Positions 29,326 through 40,475 of a stretch of DNA of 64,000 nucleotides are shown here, in pieces (position 1 is the stretch's first letter; every line of letters starts with the position of its first letter). The stretch comes from Thermoanaerobaculia bacterium. Its GTDB lineage: Bacteria; Acidobacteriota; Thermoanaerobaculia; Multivoradales; Multivoraceae. A program made the translations under genes and the position numbers. Under the pieces are notes generated by a model that saw only the letters and a program-made list of their open reading frames with translations, was not told the origin of the DNA and made no database searches. The DNA lies in NCBI GenBank assembly GCA_022823665.1, contig JAJEHN010000008.1, positions 129,847 to 193,846 on the forward strand, written 5' to 3'.

Positions 29326-29379
29326 GGTTCCCGTGCTCCTTCTTTACGATTTGGTCTTCTATTGTCTAAACTGTACACC
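29326..29379. promoter_or_regulatory. AT-rich divergent intergenic region (probable promoters/operator for the TetR gene and divergent dehydrogenase)
   Basis: ggttcccgtgctccttctttacgatttggtcttctattgtctaaactgtacacc is markedly AT-rich against a background GC in the high 60s %, between divergently oriented genes. Confidence 0.35.
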
Positions 29380-29949
29380 GTGCCGCAAGCCGATGCCAGC
29401 GACTACAGGACCGCGGAGAACCTGCTCGCGGAGTTCGCGAGTACGGGCTACGCGAAGACGTCGATGACCTCCCTGGCCAAGGCGGCGGGCGTCACGCGGC
29501 AGACGATCTACAACCGGTTCGGGCGCAAGGATGCGGTGCTCGAATGGGCGATCGGCGCCGTCGTACGCTCGCTGCGGGAAGACGCGCTTGCGTGTCTGGC
29601 CGACTCGGAGAGACCGACGGAGGACGCCCTGCTCGACGCGTTCTGCTGCTGGCTGGGACCGGTCGTGAAGTTCGTGCGCGACGGCCGGTACGGCGAGGAG
29701 ATCCTCGGGCTCGGCAACGCCGCCAGACGGCGCGCGGGCGCGTACCCCCTGGACGCCTTCACCGCCGAGGTGACCGACGCCTTGCTGTCGCGCGGAGTCC
29801 GCGAGCAACGCCGGGAAGCCGCCGATCTCGCGTTCGTCCTCGTCATGGCCGCCAAGGGCCTCCTGGCCGACAGCGAAACCGAAACCGACTTCCGCGCCGG
29901 CATGGCGCGCGCCCTGCGCGGAGCCGGAATCAACAGTTCGTCCGAGTGA
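29380..29949 (+). CDS. TetR/AcrR family transcriptional regulator
   Basis: In-frame GTG start within track ORF 28840..29949. TetR HTH (YAKTSMTSLAKAAGVTRQTIYNRFGRKDAVLE). Confidence 0.7.
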   Translation: MPQADASDYRTAENLLAEFASTGYAKTSMTSLAKAAGVTRQTIYNRFGRKDAVLEWAIGAVVRSLREDALACLADSERPTEDALLDAFCCWLGPVVKFVRDGRYGEEILGLGNAARRRAGAYPLDAFTAEVTDALLSRGVREQRREAADLAFVLVMAAKGLLADSETETDFRAGMARALRGAGINSSSE

Positions 29950-29985
29950 GTCAGTAGCCCAACCCCCAAAGGGAGAACCAGATAG

Positions 29986-30822
29986 ATGACCAACCGAACC
30001 GTACTCATTACCGGCTGCTCGACGGGCTTCGGCAAGCTCGCGGCGAAGACCTTCCGGGCCAACGGCTGGAACGTCGTGGCCACCATGCGCTCGCCCGAGA
30101 AGGAAACCGACCTCGCCGGGCTCGACGGAGTTCTCGTCACGAAGTTGGACGTGAAAGACCCGGAGAGCATCGATGCCGCGTTCGAGCGCGGCATCGCCGA
30201 CTTCGGCGCGATTGACGCGGTCGTGAACAACGCCGGCTACGGCAGCAACGCGCTCTTCGAACAGTCGCCCGATGCCTCCGTCCGCGACATCTACGAGACG
30301 AACGTCTTCGGCCTGATGAACGTGATGCGCCGCGCCCTGCCCGACATGCGGGCGCGGGGCGCCGGCTGCATCGTCAACGTGACATCGATGGCGGGCCTGA
30401 TGGGCCTCCTCGGCAACTCGGTCTACTCGTCGTCGAAGTTCGCGGTCGAGGGCCTGACCGAGGCGCTCGCGCTCGAGTACAAGCCACTCGGCATCCGCAT
30501 CGTTTCCGTCGCGCCCGGCGCCTACCTGACGACCGCGTTCGGCGACAACACGGACAACTACATCGAAGCAGGCGACATCCAGCTCGTCGAGCACTCGGAG
30601 AAGCTCCGCGACCACTTCGCCACGATCGTCTCAGGCGGCAAGCCGCAGGACCCGCAGGAAGTGGCCGACAGGATCTACGAATGCGTGACCGCGGACGACG
30701 TCCCGGTCCACAACCCCGTCGGCGCCGATGCCGAGCGGCTCAGCGGCCTGATCGACAGCCTGCCATCGCGACAAGCGTTCGTCGCCGCGATGGAGCAGAT
30801 GCTGCTACCGCCGGCCGGCTAG
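29986..30822 (+). CDS. SDR family oxidoreductase
   Basis: TGCSTGFG cofactor motif; YSSSK catalytic motif. Confidence 0.85.
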   Translation: MTNRTVLITGCSTGFGKLAAKTFRANGWNVVATMRSPEKETDLAGLDGVLVTKLDVKDPESIDAAFERGIADFGAIDAVVNNAGYGSNALFEQSPDASVRDIYETNVFGLMNVMRRALPDMRARGAGCIVNVTSMAGLMGLLGNSVYSSSKFAVEGLTEALALEYKPLGIRIVSVAPGAYLTTAFGDNTDNYIEAGDIQLVEHSEKLRDHFATIVSGGKPQDPQEVADRIYECVTADDVPVHNPVGADAERLSGLIDSLPSRQAFVAAMEQMLLPPAG

Positions 30823-30903
30823 CGCTAGCGTTGGCTAGCGGAAGCAGCGCTCATTTGACAGAAGCCGGTAACCAACGCCTGAGACCTGGTCGGCGTGGAG
30901 TCG

Positions 30904-33900
30904 TTATGGTCCTCGTCGCGCCCCTGCAGTCGAGTGCTCAAACTTGAAACGCACCGAGCCGCGACCGATCTGCTTGAAGCGGTTGCGCGTGTCGTCGCCC
31001 AACGGATTCGGCAACTCAAGGACCATCCAGCGTTCAGGCGAGAAAACGAAGGGAACATAGAGGATCCGATAGCGTCGACGGCCACGCTTCGGCATCCTGG
31101 CCGCCACTCGCATCTCGTTCGGCGTCAACTCAAACTCGCCCGTATCCCCAACCGACGACTTGACTTCATACATCCACTCTGCCTGCGGCGTCTTGACGCA
31201 GAAGTCGTACCCCGCCGCGTCATCGCCTTCACTCCCTCCGAAGAAGTGGACTCGATTCGTTGAAACCCAACAGGTCTCGTCCACGACGTCGCGGTGTCGC
31301 CGTCTCAGGTACTGGAACGCCAGCCACTCGCTGGCGAGCCCCATCGCCCGCCGCTGATCCTCGTGTGGCCTCTTCGCGCGCCGAGTGCCACCGCCAGGCC
31401 CAGCGCCCCTTGTCTGGCCGCCAGCTCGCACTTCGGCCAACCTGGGCCGGCTGCGGCTGCGTGCCCACCAACTATCGTCACGCCTTAGACTCTCCTCGGC
31501 CACTTCCAGGAACGCATGAGGGAAAGTGAGATCTCCTGTATCGAGCCTCGTCCCGCCGAAGCAGACACTGCGTCTATCGACAATCATGCGCTGCCGTTCC
31601 GTCTCTCGTCGCCGTTCCTCCTCGTCGACGGCGGATTGGTCAATCCCAAGTGTCGCGGTGTCCAGCGTTCGCGGCATCGTCTCAGGCCAACAAGCGGAGC
31701 GGAGACAGAGTTCGGGGAGCTGAGCGTCGTCAATCCGCTCGAAATCGAGGAGTCCGGCGTTCTCAAGGTGCCGCGCAACGGCTTGCGGCTCCTTGCTCGA
31801 CCAGTGTTCAGGGACAGGGGCACCAGCGCGGTGACACCAAGCGAGGACGACAGAACTCGCACGAGATGCGAAGTTGCGCACCGCCTTGCGATTCGCTTCC
31901 GACACACTCCGCAACGACTGGAGACTGACATCAACGTCCTCTCCGAGCACCTCGTCGAGTAACTCAAGAACATGGCTCTCGACGATCCGCTGCTCCAAGG
32001 TCTCCTTCGTCTGAATCCACTCGGGATCGAACGCAAGGAACGTGAGCTTCTTACGTTCCACGTAGGCTCCGAGGTCGCGCCCTTCTCGGAAGTCGGCTAC
32101 GTGGCGCCGTCGCAGTCGATCGACGATCGCAGGTCCCATTCCCCGGAGATACGCGTCGTACAGAGACCGAAGATGGGCCTCGTTCGAGAGCGGCCGTTCG
32201 TCCAATGCCAGCAGCGTGCGGTTGAACCGCTTGTAGTCGAGATCAAGCACCCTCCGCACCGCCGCACGATCCGAAGACTGCTCACAGGCGCTAAGCCAAT
32301 TGATCGGCGCGAACTCCAAAGGGGGAAACCGTGAACAGAGCCAGTCGCGCACGTCGAACTCGGCCTTGCTCCGCTCCGCGTCGTCCTCAAACTGTCGAGC
32401 AAGCGCCGTACCGCCGAAGTACGCGACGACGGGAGTCAGCAGGTGCAGAACATGCCCCAGGTCTGTTTGCAGGGCAGCACGATGCTCCTGCAGGGTCTGC
32501 GCGTCACATCGAAGCGCCTTTGCGAGCGCCTCGTCGGACGGAGCATCAAGCCCAACCCCCTCCTGCCCTAGGGCGAGCCGCGGAAGGAGCGACTCGAGAA
32601 ACCGCAACCGAGTGTCTATCAGTCGCGAGATCGGTCGGGAAAGATCCCTTCCCAGCGTCGTCCACGTCAATGGCATGCGATCCGACAGGACTAGGGTGGG
32701 GAACTCGGGATGCTCAAAGCCGTAGAACTCCAGCCTGTCCTTCGGCGACGGTCCCGCCTCGTCGACGACGAACTTGATCGTCCGGCAGTGTCTCACTCTG
32801 ATGGCCCTAACGCGCCGTTCGACGGTGATAGGGAGCACGCCGCGCTCGAGCTGCTCGGCGAGCATCTGATGGCCAAGGATCACCGTCTCCGGCAACCACT
32901 CCAACTCGATAGACGTGAGGAACGGGTCGGCCGCACTGGGCACGAAGGGCTCGCCGTCCACCAACAGCTTCACGTCGGTCCCGCCCAGTTGGCGGGGTAC
33001 GAACCGGCCGGTCGCGTCCAGCTGATCGGCGATTCTCTCGCTCGAGGCGTCGCCGATGTCGAGCAACGCGTGCCCGGCTGAGGAGAGCATGCTCGCCTCG
33101 AGCGTGTTTCCACCTTGGGCGAGAATCACCGTGGTAGGCGTCGCAGCATCGCCGCTCAGATTCTCGTATCGGCCGTCCCGGCTCACTGCGAGACTCAAAT
33201 CAGCGGGCAAAACGGCATCCGTTTGCGCAACGTCGAACCAGGCTCGACGGTACTCCCTGCGGAATGCAGGCCTGTCGTGCCCCGCCAGGGCTGGAGCTAC
33301 TGCCGCAAGCACTTCCAGGCGCTCGGTCGCGGTTCCCTCGTCGTGCCAATCCCGAAGCCCGAGGGTACCGAACACCAGTTTCGAGAGGTCCTCACTGCCC
33401 TCAACGAGACCTGCCAGAGCGTCCGGAAGGCGGTCCACGAATCGCGGCGGACGTTGCCTCCTCGTCTTGGCAGCCCAGCACTCGTGGGGGCTTCGGAAGG
33501 CGGGTTCCTCGCGGGCACCCACGGCAACCCAGGCTCTCGACCGGAGAAATGTAGCGAGCGGCGTCGGAACGTTCCGCTTGTCCCAATAGGGCTGAGTTCG
33601 CTCGAATCGGCCAACGTCGAATGTCAGGAACTCAGCGCCTTGCGCTTCCAGGTGCCTGAATGCAAGCTCGTGGAACATCTCCTTCGCGCCTTCGGGCAGC
33701 TCTTCGTGCTCCATTTGGCCAGGAAACCGCCACGCCTCTCCCTTCCTTTGGTATACGGTGTAGGGATGCCGGAAGGATGTGAGCGACGCCTCCTTGCACC
33801 AGTCCTCGTCAAGGGCCTCTTCGGCGACCCCTTTTCGAACGAACTGGCCCCACCTCCACCCCTCGCCACGCGCTAGCATCTTGCCCGGAACGGGCCTCAG

Positions 33901-36186
33901 CCCGTCCGAAACGCCAAGCAGCGCCAGAAACTCGACCCACCGGCGCTTGCTGCCACCTGGGACCATCGGCCAATCTGAGAAGTCCACGAGAAGTCCCTCA
34001 CGGGCCCGTCGGCAGTCCGGCGACGTGTCGGTCGCCTCCATCAGGAAGTTCTCGAGGATCCGGCCTACAGGCGTCCAGGAAGACGAATACGCCGCCTGAG
34101 TCGCCGGTTGCCAACCGCTCAGCGTCGGTACCCACAGTTCGGCGTTCCGAAGCGCATCCTCTATGGTGCCTCCCTTCGCCCCCCAAACTCTGAACGCCCA
34201 GGTCAAGGCCTCCCGACGACGATTGTCATTGGCTCTGGCGCCCAAGGCGGAGGCGAGCCCGGACAAGGCTTCCACCGGGTCGTACTCGCGGACGAGGTCG
34301 GCCTCGAGCAACGCGTTCAGCGTCTCCCGCCGGAACCGGATCTTCTCGTCGACGAAGCGGTAGCGTCGGGCGAGCGTCGCCGGCGGCAAGGGAACGCCAC
34401 CCTTCGTACGCGTGCGTCTGGGTGTTTCGGTGCGCACGAAGACGCCGCGCCCCGAGGCACCATCCACTCCTGCCGCCCGCAGTCTCTTCGACCGATCCAG
34501 CATGATCCGCTTCCCGGCCAACGCCCGGAGATTCGCGCCGGCAGCCCTGAACACCGGTCCGAGGTCATTGTAGAAGCGTGACCAGGTCCGCGGCTTGGCG
34601 TTCCTTTCTGCAAGAGACCGCGCAAAGGACTCGGACCATTCGGCGAGACGCTCGCCGGACGGCCGCAGATTCCAGTGAATCCGCTTTGCCATGGCTTCGA
34701 GGCGCTCACGCCGGCCTTCGTCAACCACCGTCGACACGAGCTGCGCGCCGGCTCGTCTCGCGACCTCCAAGGCCTTCATCAACGAGAATCTCCCCGCCGG
34801 CCAGACGTGGACTCCAGACAGACTTGACCAGTGGCAACGGTCGACCGGTATCACCGGAACAACGCGTGCGTCCTTCAGCGAACTGCCCATGCCATCCAAG
34901 GCGGCATCCAGCTTTCCGGCGTGTGGACCAGTCCAGGCGAACAGATCGAAGACAGCGCGCTGAAGAGTCGGCGTGTCCGCCTTTCTGGCGATGTGCAGTG
35001 CCGCCCGGGCACTCGCCTCGGCAGCTGCTTCCAGCAGCACCGCGTTCAGTGGGAGGTCGAGGTCCGCCCTGCGGCGGTCGATTCCCGCGAAGAATGGCGC
35101 GTCGAGATGGCCAAGAAGGGGCGCAGGCGCCGCATCGCCCATAGGCAGGAAGTTGTAGAGGCGGCCCTCGGCCACCGCCCCGTGGGAAAGGCCAACAGCG
35201 ACCGAAACCGTCGGCTGGCCCTTCCAGTCGAGCCAGCGCTTGAGCTGTGGTGCTCTCGATATGCTTTCCTTGACCGCCCTGAGTACGAGCGCCTTGTCCA
35301 CTTCGCGTTGGACAACGAGGAAGCGCCGATCCTGGCCGACGCCGACCTCATACAGTCGGCAGCCTGTGGTGCCCGGCACGTCGCGAAATGACCTCTGGCT
35401 GCGAGTCAACCGACGCCGATAACGCCGCCCGTCCGGCGTCTTCACGTCGATGCGGAAGTCCCCGATGCGGTCCAGGAATAGCAAGAGAGGCACATCAAAG
35501 TCCGCAAGCGCCCGCGTTTGGCGCTCCGCCAACGTGATCGCGTCGGGCGCGGACAAAGGCACGACGATGACCGTCGCGTAGCCTCGGCGGGCATAAGCAA
35601 CAACCTCCTCGGGCTGTTCGACGAGTGGCTGAGGGACGAGATAGCGTGGAACCGTATGGGCGACTTCGCGGGCCGTCGTCGCGTCAAGACGCCTAGCGAG
35701 AAGGAGCTTCTCGATCTCGCTCACGGCGGCGAACCTGAAGCAATAGCCATCGAAACGTGTCGACTCGTCCATGCCGACGCGTGAGAAGATGCGTACGTCG
35801 TCTGTCAGCGCTTCAATGCTCCTGAAGCCGAGACCCTTGTTGCCGATGCCCTCGCCGATCTTCTTGGCCGTGGTCGCAAGGTTCTCTATGGCTTCGACAT
35901 CCCTCCTACGGAAGCCGGTGCCTCCGTTGGCCACATACAGGGTGCCCTCGGTCTCGGAGCGCACAACCAGCTCTACGGCAATCCGCCCCTCGCCTTCGTC
36001 CCGATGCGCGTCGTGCGCGTTCTGTATCAGCTCGTACAGAACCCGGTCGCCGTACTCCGTCCCGACCACTTCGTTCAGGTTGCGGAGACTCTCGTAGACC
36101 TTGAGTTTCTTCCCGTGCGCATCCACGGCGTGGTCCAGCACATTGCGGACTTGCCTGTTCAGATCCTGGGCGGGGGCGTGGGTCAT
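30904..36186 (-). CDS. 1760-aa NO VEIN-like protein: N-terminal sacsin/MORC-type GHKL (HATPase_c_3) ATPase + long uncharacterised middle region + C-terminal NOV_C/DUF3883 (restriction-endonuclease-like) domain
   Basis: Single uninterrupted ORF. Bergerat N-box YELIQNAHDA and G2 box GIGNKGLGFRSIEA at the N-terminus. C-terminal DUF3883 signature (GLASEWLAFQYL...GYDFCVKT...YEVKSS...FELTPNEMRVA...YRILYV). No Walker or helicase motifs seen. Confidence 0.85.
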   Translation of the reverse strand: MTHAPAQDLNRQVRNVLDHAVDAHGKKLKVYESLRNLNEVVGTEYGDRVLYELIQNAHDAHRDEGEGRIAVELVVRSETEGTLYVANGGTGFRRRDVEAIENLATTAKKIGEGIGNKGLGFRSIEALTDDVRIFSRVGMDESTRFDGYCFRFAAVSEIEKLLLARRLDATTAREVAHTVPRYLVPQPLVEQPEEVVAYARRGYATVIVVPLSAPDAITLAERQTRALADFDVPLLLFLDRIGDFRIDVKTPDGRRYRRRLTRSQRSFRDVPGTTGCRLYEVGVGQDRRFLVVQREVDKALVLRAVKESISRAPQLKRWLDWKGQPTVSVAVGLSHGAVAEGRLYNFLPMGDAAPAPLLGHLDAPFFAGIDRRRADLDLPLNAVLLEAAAEASARAALHIARKADTPTLQRAVFDLFAWTGPHAGKLDAALDGMGSSLKDARVVPVIPVDRCHWSSLSGVHVWPAGRFSLMKALEVARRAGAQLVSTVVDEGRRERLEAMAKRIHWNLRPSGERLAEWSESFARSLAERNAKPRTWSRFYNDLGPVFRAAGANLRALAGKRIMLDRSKRLRAAGVDGASGRGVFVRTETPRRTRTKGGVPLPPATLARRYRFVDEKIRFRRETLNALLEADLVREYDPVEALSGLASALGARANDNRRREALTWAFRVWGAKGGTIEDALRNAELWVPTLSGWQPATQAAYSSSWTPVGRILENFLMEATDTSPDCRRAREGLLVDFSDWPMVPGGSKRRWVEFLALLGVSDGLRPVPGKMLARGEGWRWGQFVRKGVAEEALDEDWCKEASLTSFRHPYTVYQRKGEAWRFPGQMEHEELPEGAKEMFHELAFRHLEAQGAEFLTFDVGRFERTQPYWDKRNVPTPLATFLRSRAWVAVGAREEPAFRSPHECWAAKTRRQRPPRFVDRLPDALAGLVEGSEDLSKLVFGTLGLRDWHDEGTATERLEVLAAVAPALAGHDRPAFRREYRRAWFDVAQTDAVLPADLSLAVSRDGRYENLSGDAATPTTVILAQGGNTLEASMLSSAGHALLDIGDASSERIADQLDATGRFVPRQLGGTDVKLLVDGEPFVPSAADPFLTSIELEWLPETVILGHQMLAEQLERGVLPITVERRVRAIRVRHCRTIKFVVDEAGPSPKDRLEFYGFEHPEFPTLVLSDRMPLTWTTLGRDLSRPISRLIDTRLRFLESLLPRLALGQEGVGLDAPSDEALAKALRCDAQTLQEHRAALQTDLGHVLHLLTPVVAYFGGTALARQFEDDAERSKAEFDVRDWLCSRFPPLEFAPINWLSACEQSSDRAAVRRVLDLDYKRFNRTLLALDERPLSNEAHLRSLYDAYLRGMGPAIVDRLRRRHVADFREGRDLGAYVERKKLTFLAFDPEWIQTKETLEQRIVESHVLELLDEVLGEDVDVSLQSLRSVSEANRKAVRNFASRASSVVLAWCHRAGAPVPEHWSSKEPQAVARHLENAGLLDFERIDDAQLPELCLRSACWPETMPRTLDTATLGIDQSAVDEEERRRETERQRMIVDRRSVCFGGTRLDTGDLTFPHAFLEVAEESLRRDDSWWARSRSRPRLAEVRAGGQTRGAGPGGGTRRAKRPHEDQRRAMGLASEWLAFQYLRRRHRDVVDETCWVSTNRVHFFGGSEGDDAAGYDFCVKTPQAEWMYEVKSSVGDTGEFELTPNEMRVAARMPKRGRRRYRILYVPFVFSPERWMVLELPNPLGDDTRNRFKQIGRGSVRFKFEHSTAGARRGP

Positions 36187-36295
36187 GCGAGAAGCGCTGT
36201 CCTGTCAACCTGCCGGAGCGCACGGCCGCCGATACGGAATCTCCAAGGCTCTCGGCGCCGAGGGAGAGAGGCTCCTCACACCGGCACCACTGACC

Positions 36296-36781
36296 TCAGT
36301 CGTCGCTCCTCTTGTCGAGGAGCATGTAGACCACGAACGCGATGCGGTCTTTTCGCTGGGCATCCCTGAACTTGGCTACGGCCCGCTCGGCCAAACGGAT
36401 CGTCTGGAGGACATCCGACTTGATGAGGCGCTCGGCGGGGTCGTAGTCCGCCCGGTGGCGAGCTCGCTGGAGGTTGATGAACTCCAGCGCGACGTCCTTG
36501 AGTCCTACCGGGAAGCCCATCTGCTTCTTGCCGGTGATCTCCTTGCACCGGCTCTTCGCCTGACCGTGATTCAGGGCGCGGTACGTCTGCCGCCAAGCTC
36601 GCTCGCTCCGGTCCGACTGGTCTCCACCGACCAGCAGGTCCGCGCCGGACGCGGCGACACAGTGGAACAAGGCGTAGTAGGCGGTGCTGACGGCTCGTCG
36701 CAGGTCTGTCTCTCGAGGCCGACCAGCGCCCTGCTGGGTGACTAGCGAGCGGGCTGTCCTGATGAAGTCATCCGGCTTCAA
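36296..36781 (-). CDS. HEPN-domain protein (PF05168-like)
   Basis: RAVSTAYYALFHCVAA matches the HEPN helix-2 signature (SRAYYAMFHAAKA). C-terminal ...NLQRARHRADYD matches the HEPN C-terminal R/H...DY region. Overlaps the upstream small gene by 14 nt. Confidence 0.6.
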   Translation of the reverse strand: MKPDDFIRTARSLVTQQGAGRPRETDLRRAVSTAYYALFHCVAASGADLLVGGDQSDRSERAWRQTYRALNHGQAKSRCKEITGKKQMGFPVGLKDVALEFINLQRARHRADYDPAERLIKSDVLQTIRLAERAVAKFRDAQRKDRIAFVVYMLLDKRSDD

Positions 36782-37097
36782 CGATGCGCACCTGCTCGCG
36801 ATACCAATCCCAGTCCGCCCTGTCGCTGAAGTGCGGTGCCAGATCGGCGTCCATCCCTTCTTCGCGCAGCCTGTGCAGCACTCGTCTCGTCAGGCCAAGA
36901 GTCCAATCCGGGTCGAGTGCCTCCTGGTCTCCTCGAAACACGATGTCCACTCGAAAGTAGGGATCACCGTCGTGATCGACGAGTTCCCTGACCACGACCG
37001 GGCCGAACTCAAAGGCGTCCCCGAAGTGTCCGGAGAGATCCTCGTGGATCAACCTCTTGATGGAACTCACAAGTTGGCGGTTCATCTCGGCAGTCAT
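36768..37097 (-). CDS. small hypothetical protein (109 aa), upstream overlapping partner of the HEPN gene (possible divergent MNT-like/antitoxin partner)
   Basis: GGAGGAG RBS about 13 nt upstream of the ATG. Position and overlap are typical of MNT-HEPN/TA pairs, but the canonical GS...DxD nucleotidyltransferase motif is not evident (has FGDAFEF...DHDGD). Confidence 0.45.
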   Translation of the reverse strand: MTAEMNRQLVSSIKRLIHEDLSGHFGDAFEFGPVVVRELVDHDGDPYFRVDIVFRGDQEALDPDWTLGLTRRVLHRLREEGMDADLAPHFSDRADWDWYREQVRIVEAG

Positions 37098-37287
37098 GTC
37101 AGACCCAACTCCTCCGTCCCAAGAGCGGCCGCGCTCCTAGCTGTCGCGCGACCGCGGGACTCACCCCGTAACCGAATCCTACATCCGGCCTGCCCCAGTG
37201 ACACGCCTCCGACTACCCGTCGATGACCATCCCGCAACACCCCGCGAACCCGTCCGCGGCCAACTCACTGCCCGCCGGACCGCCCCA

Positions 37288-39603
<2,316 letters not shown>

Positions 39604-39791
39604 TCAGCGGCAATAGAATCTCCAGGTTCATCACGATCTCCGGGGAGGAGCCAGAATGACCAGCACGACCGGCACCACGTCTCGCACCTGGTCGCCCGTT
39701 AGTCTGTGCCGGCACCGGCGCCGTCGCCATCGGCGCTCTGCTCCTGCTCGCCGCCGCCCTGGGCTACCGCACGGGCCTGCTCGGGCTCGGG

Positions 39792-40412
39792 ATGTCCTTC
39801 ACCGTTCTCCGGTGGGGCGCTCTCATCTCGGCAGGCGCGGCGGGCATCGCGTTGATCGCGACGGCTTGGGCCATGTTCCGGCGCCTGCACTGGCAGAACG
39901 TCGCGGCCGGCCTGGTGGCTGCCGCACTGGGAGCGGTTTGCTACATGGTCCCGGCAGGGCAGCAGGCGCTTGCCCGATCGGTCCCGCCGATCCATGACAT
40001 CACGACCGACACCGACGATCCGCCGGCCTTCGTCGCGATTCTCCCCCTCCGGGCCGACGCCCCGAATCCTCCGGAGTACGACCCCGCAGTTGCCGAGCAG
40101 CAGCGCGAGGGATATCCGGATCTCCGTTCGGTGATGCTGGACGCACCGCCCGCCGAAGCGTTCTCCCTGGCGCTGGCCGCAGCCGGGGCAATGGGGTGGG
40201 AGCTGGTGGCTGACGACGCCGCGGCGGGACGCATTGAAGCAACCGACACGACCTTCTGGTACGGCTTCAAGGACGACGTCGTCATTCGGGTGCGCGGGGA
40301 TGGCGCGGGCAGCCGCATTGACGTGCGATCAAAGTCGAGAGTGGGTCGCAGCGATGTCGGCGCGAATGCAGAGCGCATCCGCAAGTACACTGCCCGTCTC
40401 GCGCGCGACTGA
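39792..40412 (+). CDS. DUF1499 domain-containing membrane protein
   Basis: FWYGFKDDVVIRVRGDGAGSRIDVRSKSRVGRSDVGANAERI matches the DUF1499 core; N-terminal TM helix. Confidence 0.65.
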   Translation: MSFTVLRWGALISAGAAGIALIATAWAMFRRLHWQNVAAGLVAAALGAVCYMVPAGQQALARSVPPIHDITTDTDDPPAFVAILPLRADAPNPPEYDPAVAEQQREGYPDLRSVMLDAPPAEAFSLALAAAGAMGWELVADDAAAGRIEATDTTFWYGFKDDVVIRVRGDGAGSRIDVRSKSRVGRSDVGANAERIRKYTARLARD

Positions 40413-40475
40413 TCCCGGTCATCAACGGCTGCGTCCGGGGTGCGCCGGCCCCGTGCGCGAGGCCGAGCCGCCTCC

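Larger units (their letters stand above)
30823..37287. other. Lower-GC insertion (putative horizontally acquired island) carrying a three-gene minus-strand module
   Basis: Sampled 60-nt windows inside give 57-65% GC versus about 68-70% in both flanks. No tRNA, integrase or obvious direct repeats at the borders. Bounded by the SDR stop (30822) and the katG stop (37288). Confidence 0.5.

Noticed and set aside
30821-30860. GCTAGCGCTAGCG...GCTAGCG motif just downstream of the SDR stop, as a possible terminator or island attachment site
   Set aside because: It cannot form a convincing GC-rich stem followed by a T-run, and no matching sequence is found at the other island border (37098-37287).
36186-36296. 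110-bp gap between the HEPN gene and the giant gene, as a possible tRNA or ncRNA
   Set aside because: It is too short and lacks structure-suggestive motifs. It is more likely a promoter or spacer within the module.
39656-39791. In-frame upstream extension of the DUF1499 gene encoding an extra hydrophobic helix ([17 protein letters not shown]), and the track ORF 39656..39997
   Set aside because: No ATG, GTG or TTG start is available in that frame between the upstream stop (39657) and the ATG at 39792. The 39656 ORF is in a different frame and motif-less. The ATG at 39792 is kept.
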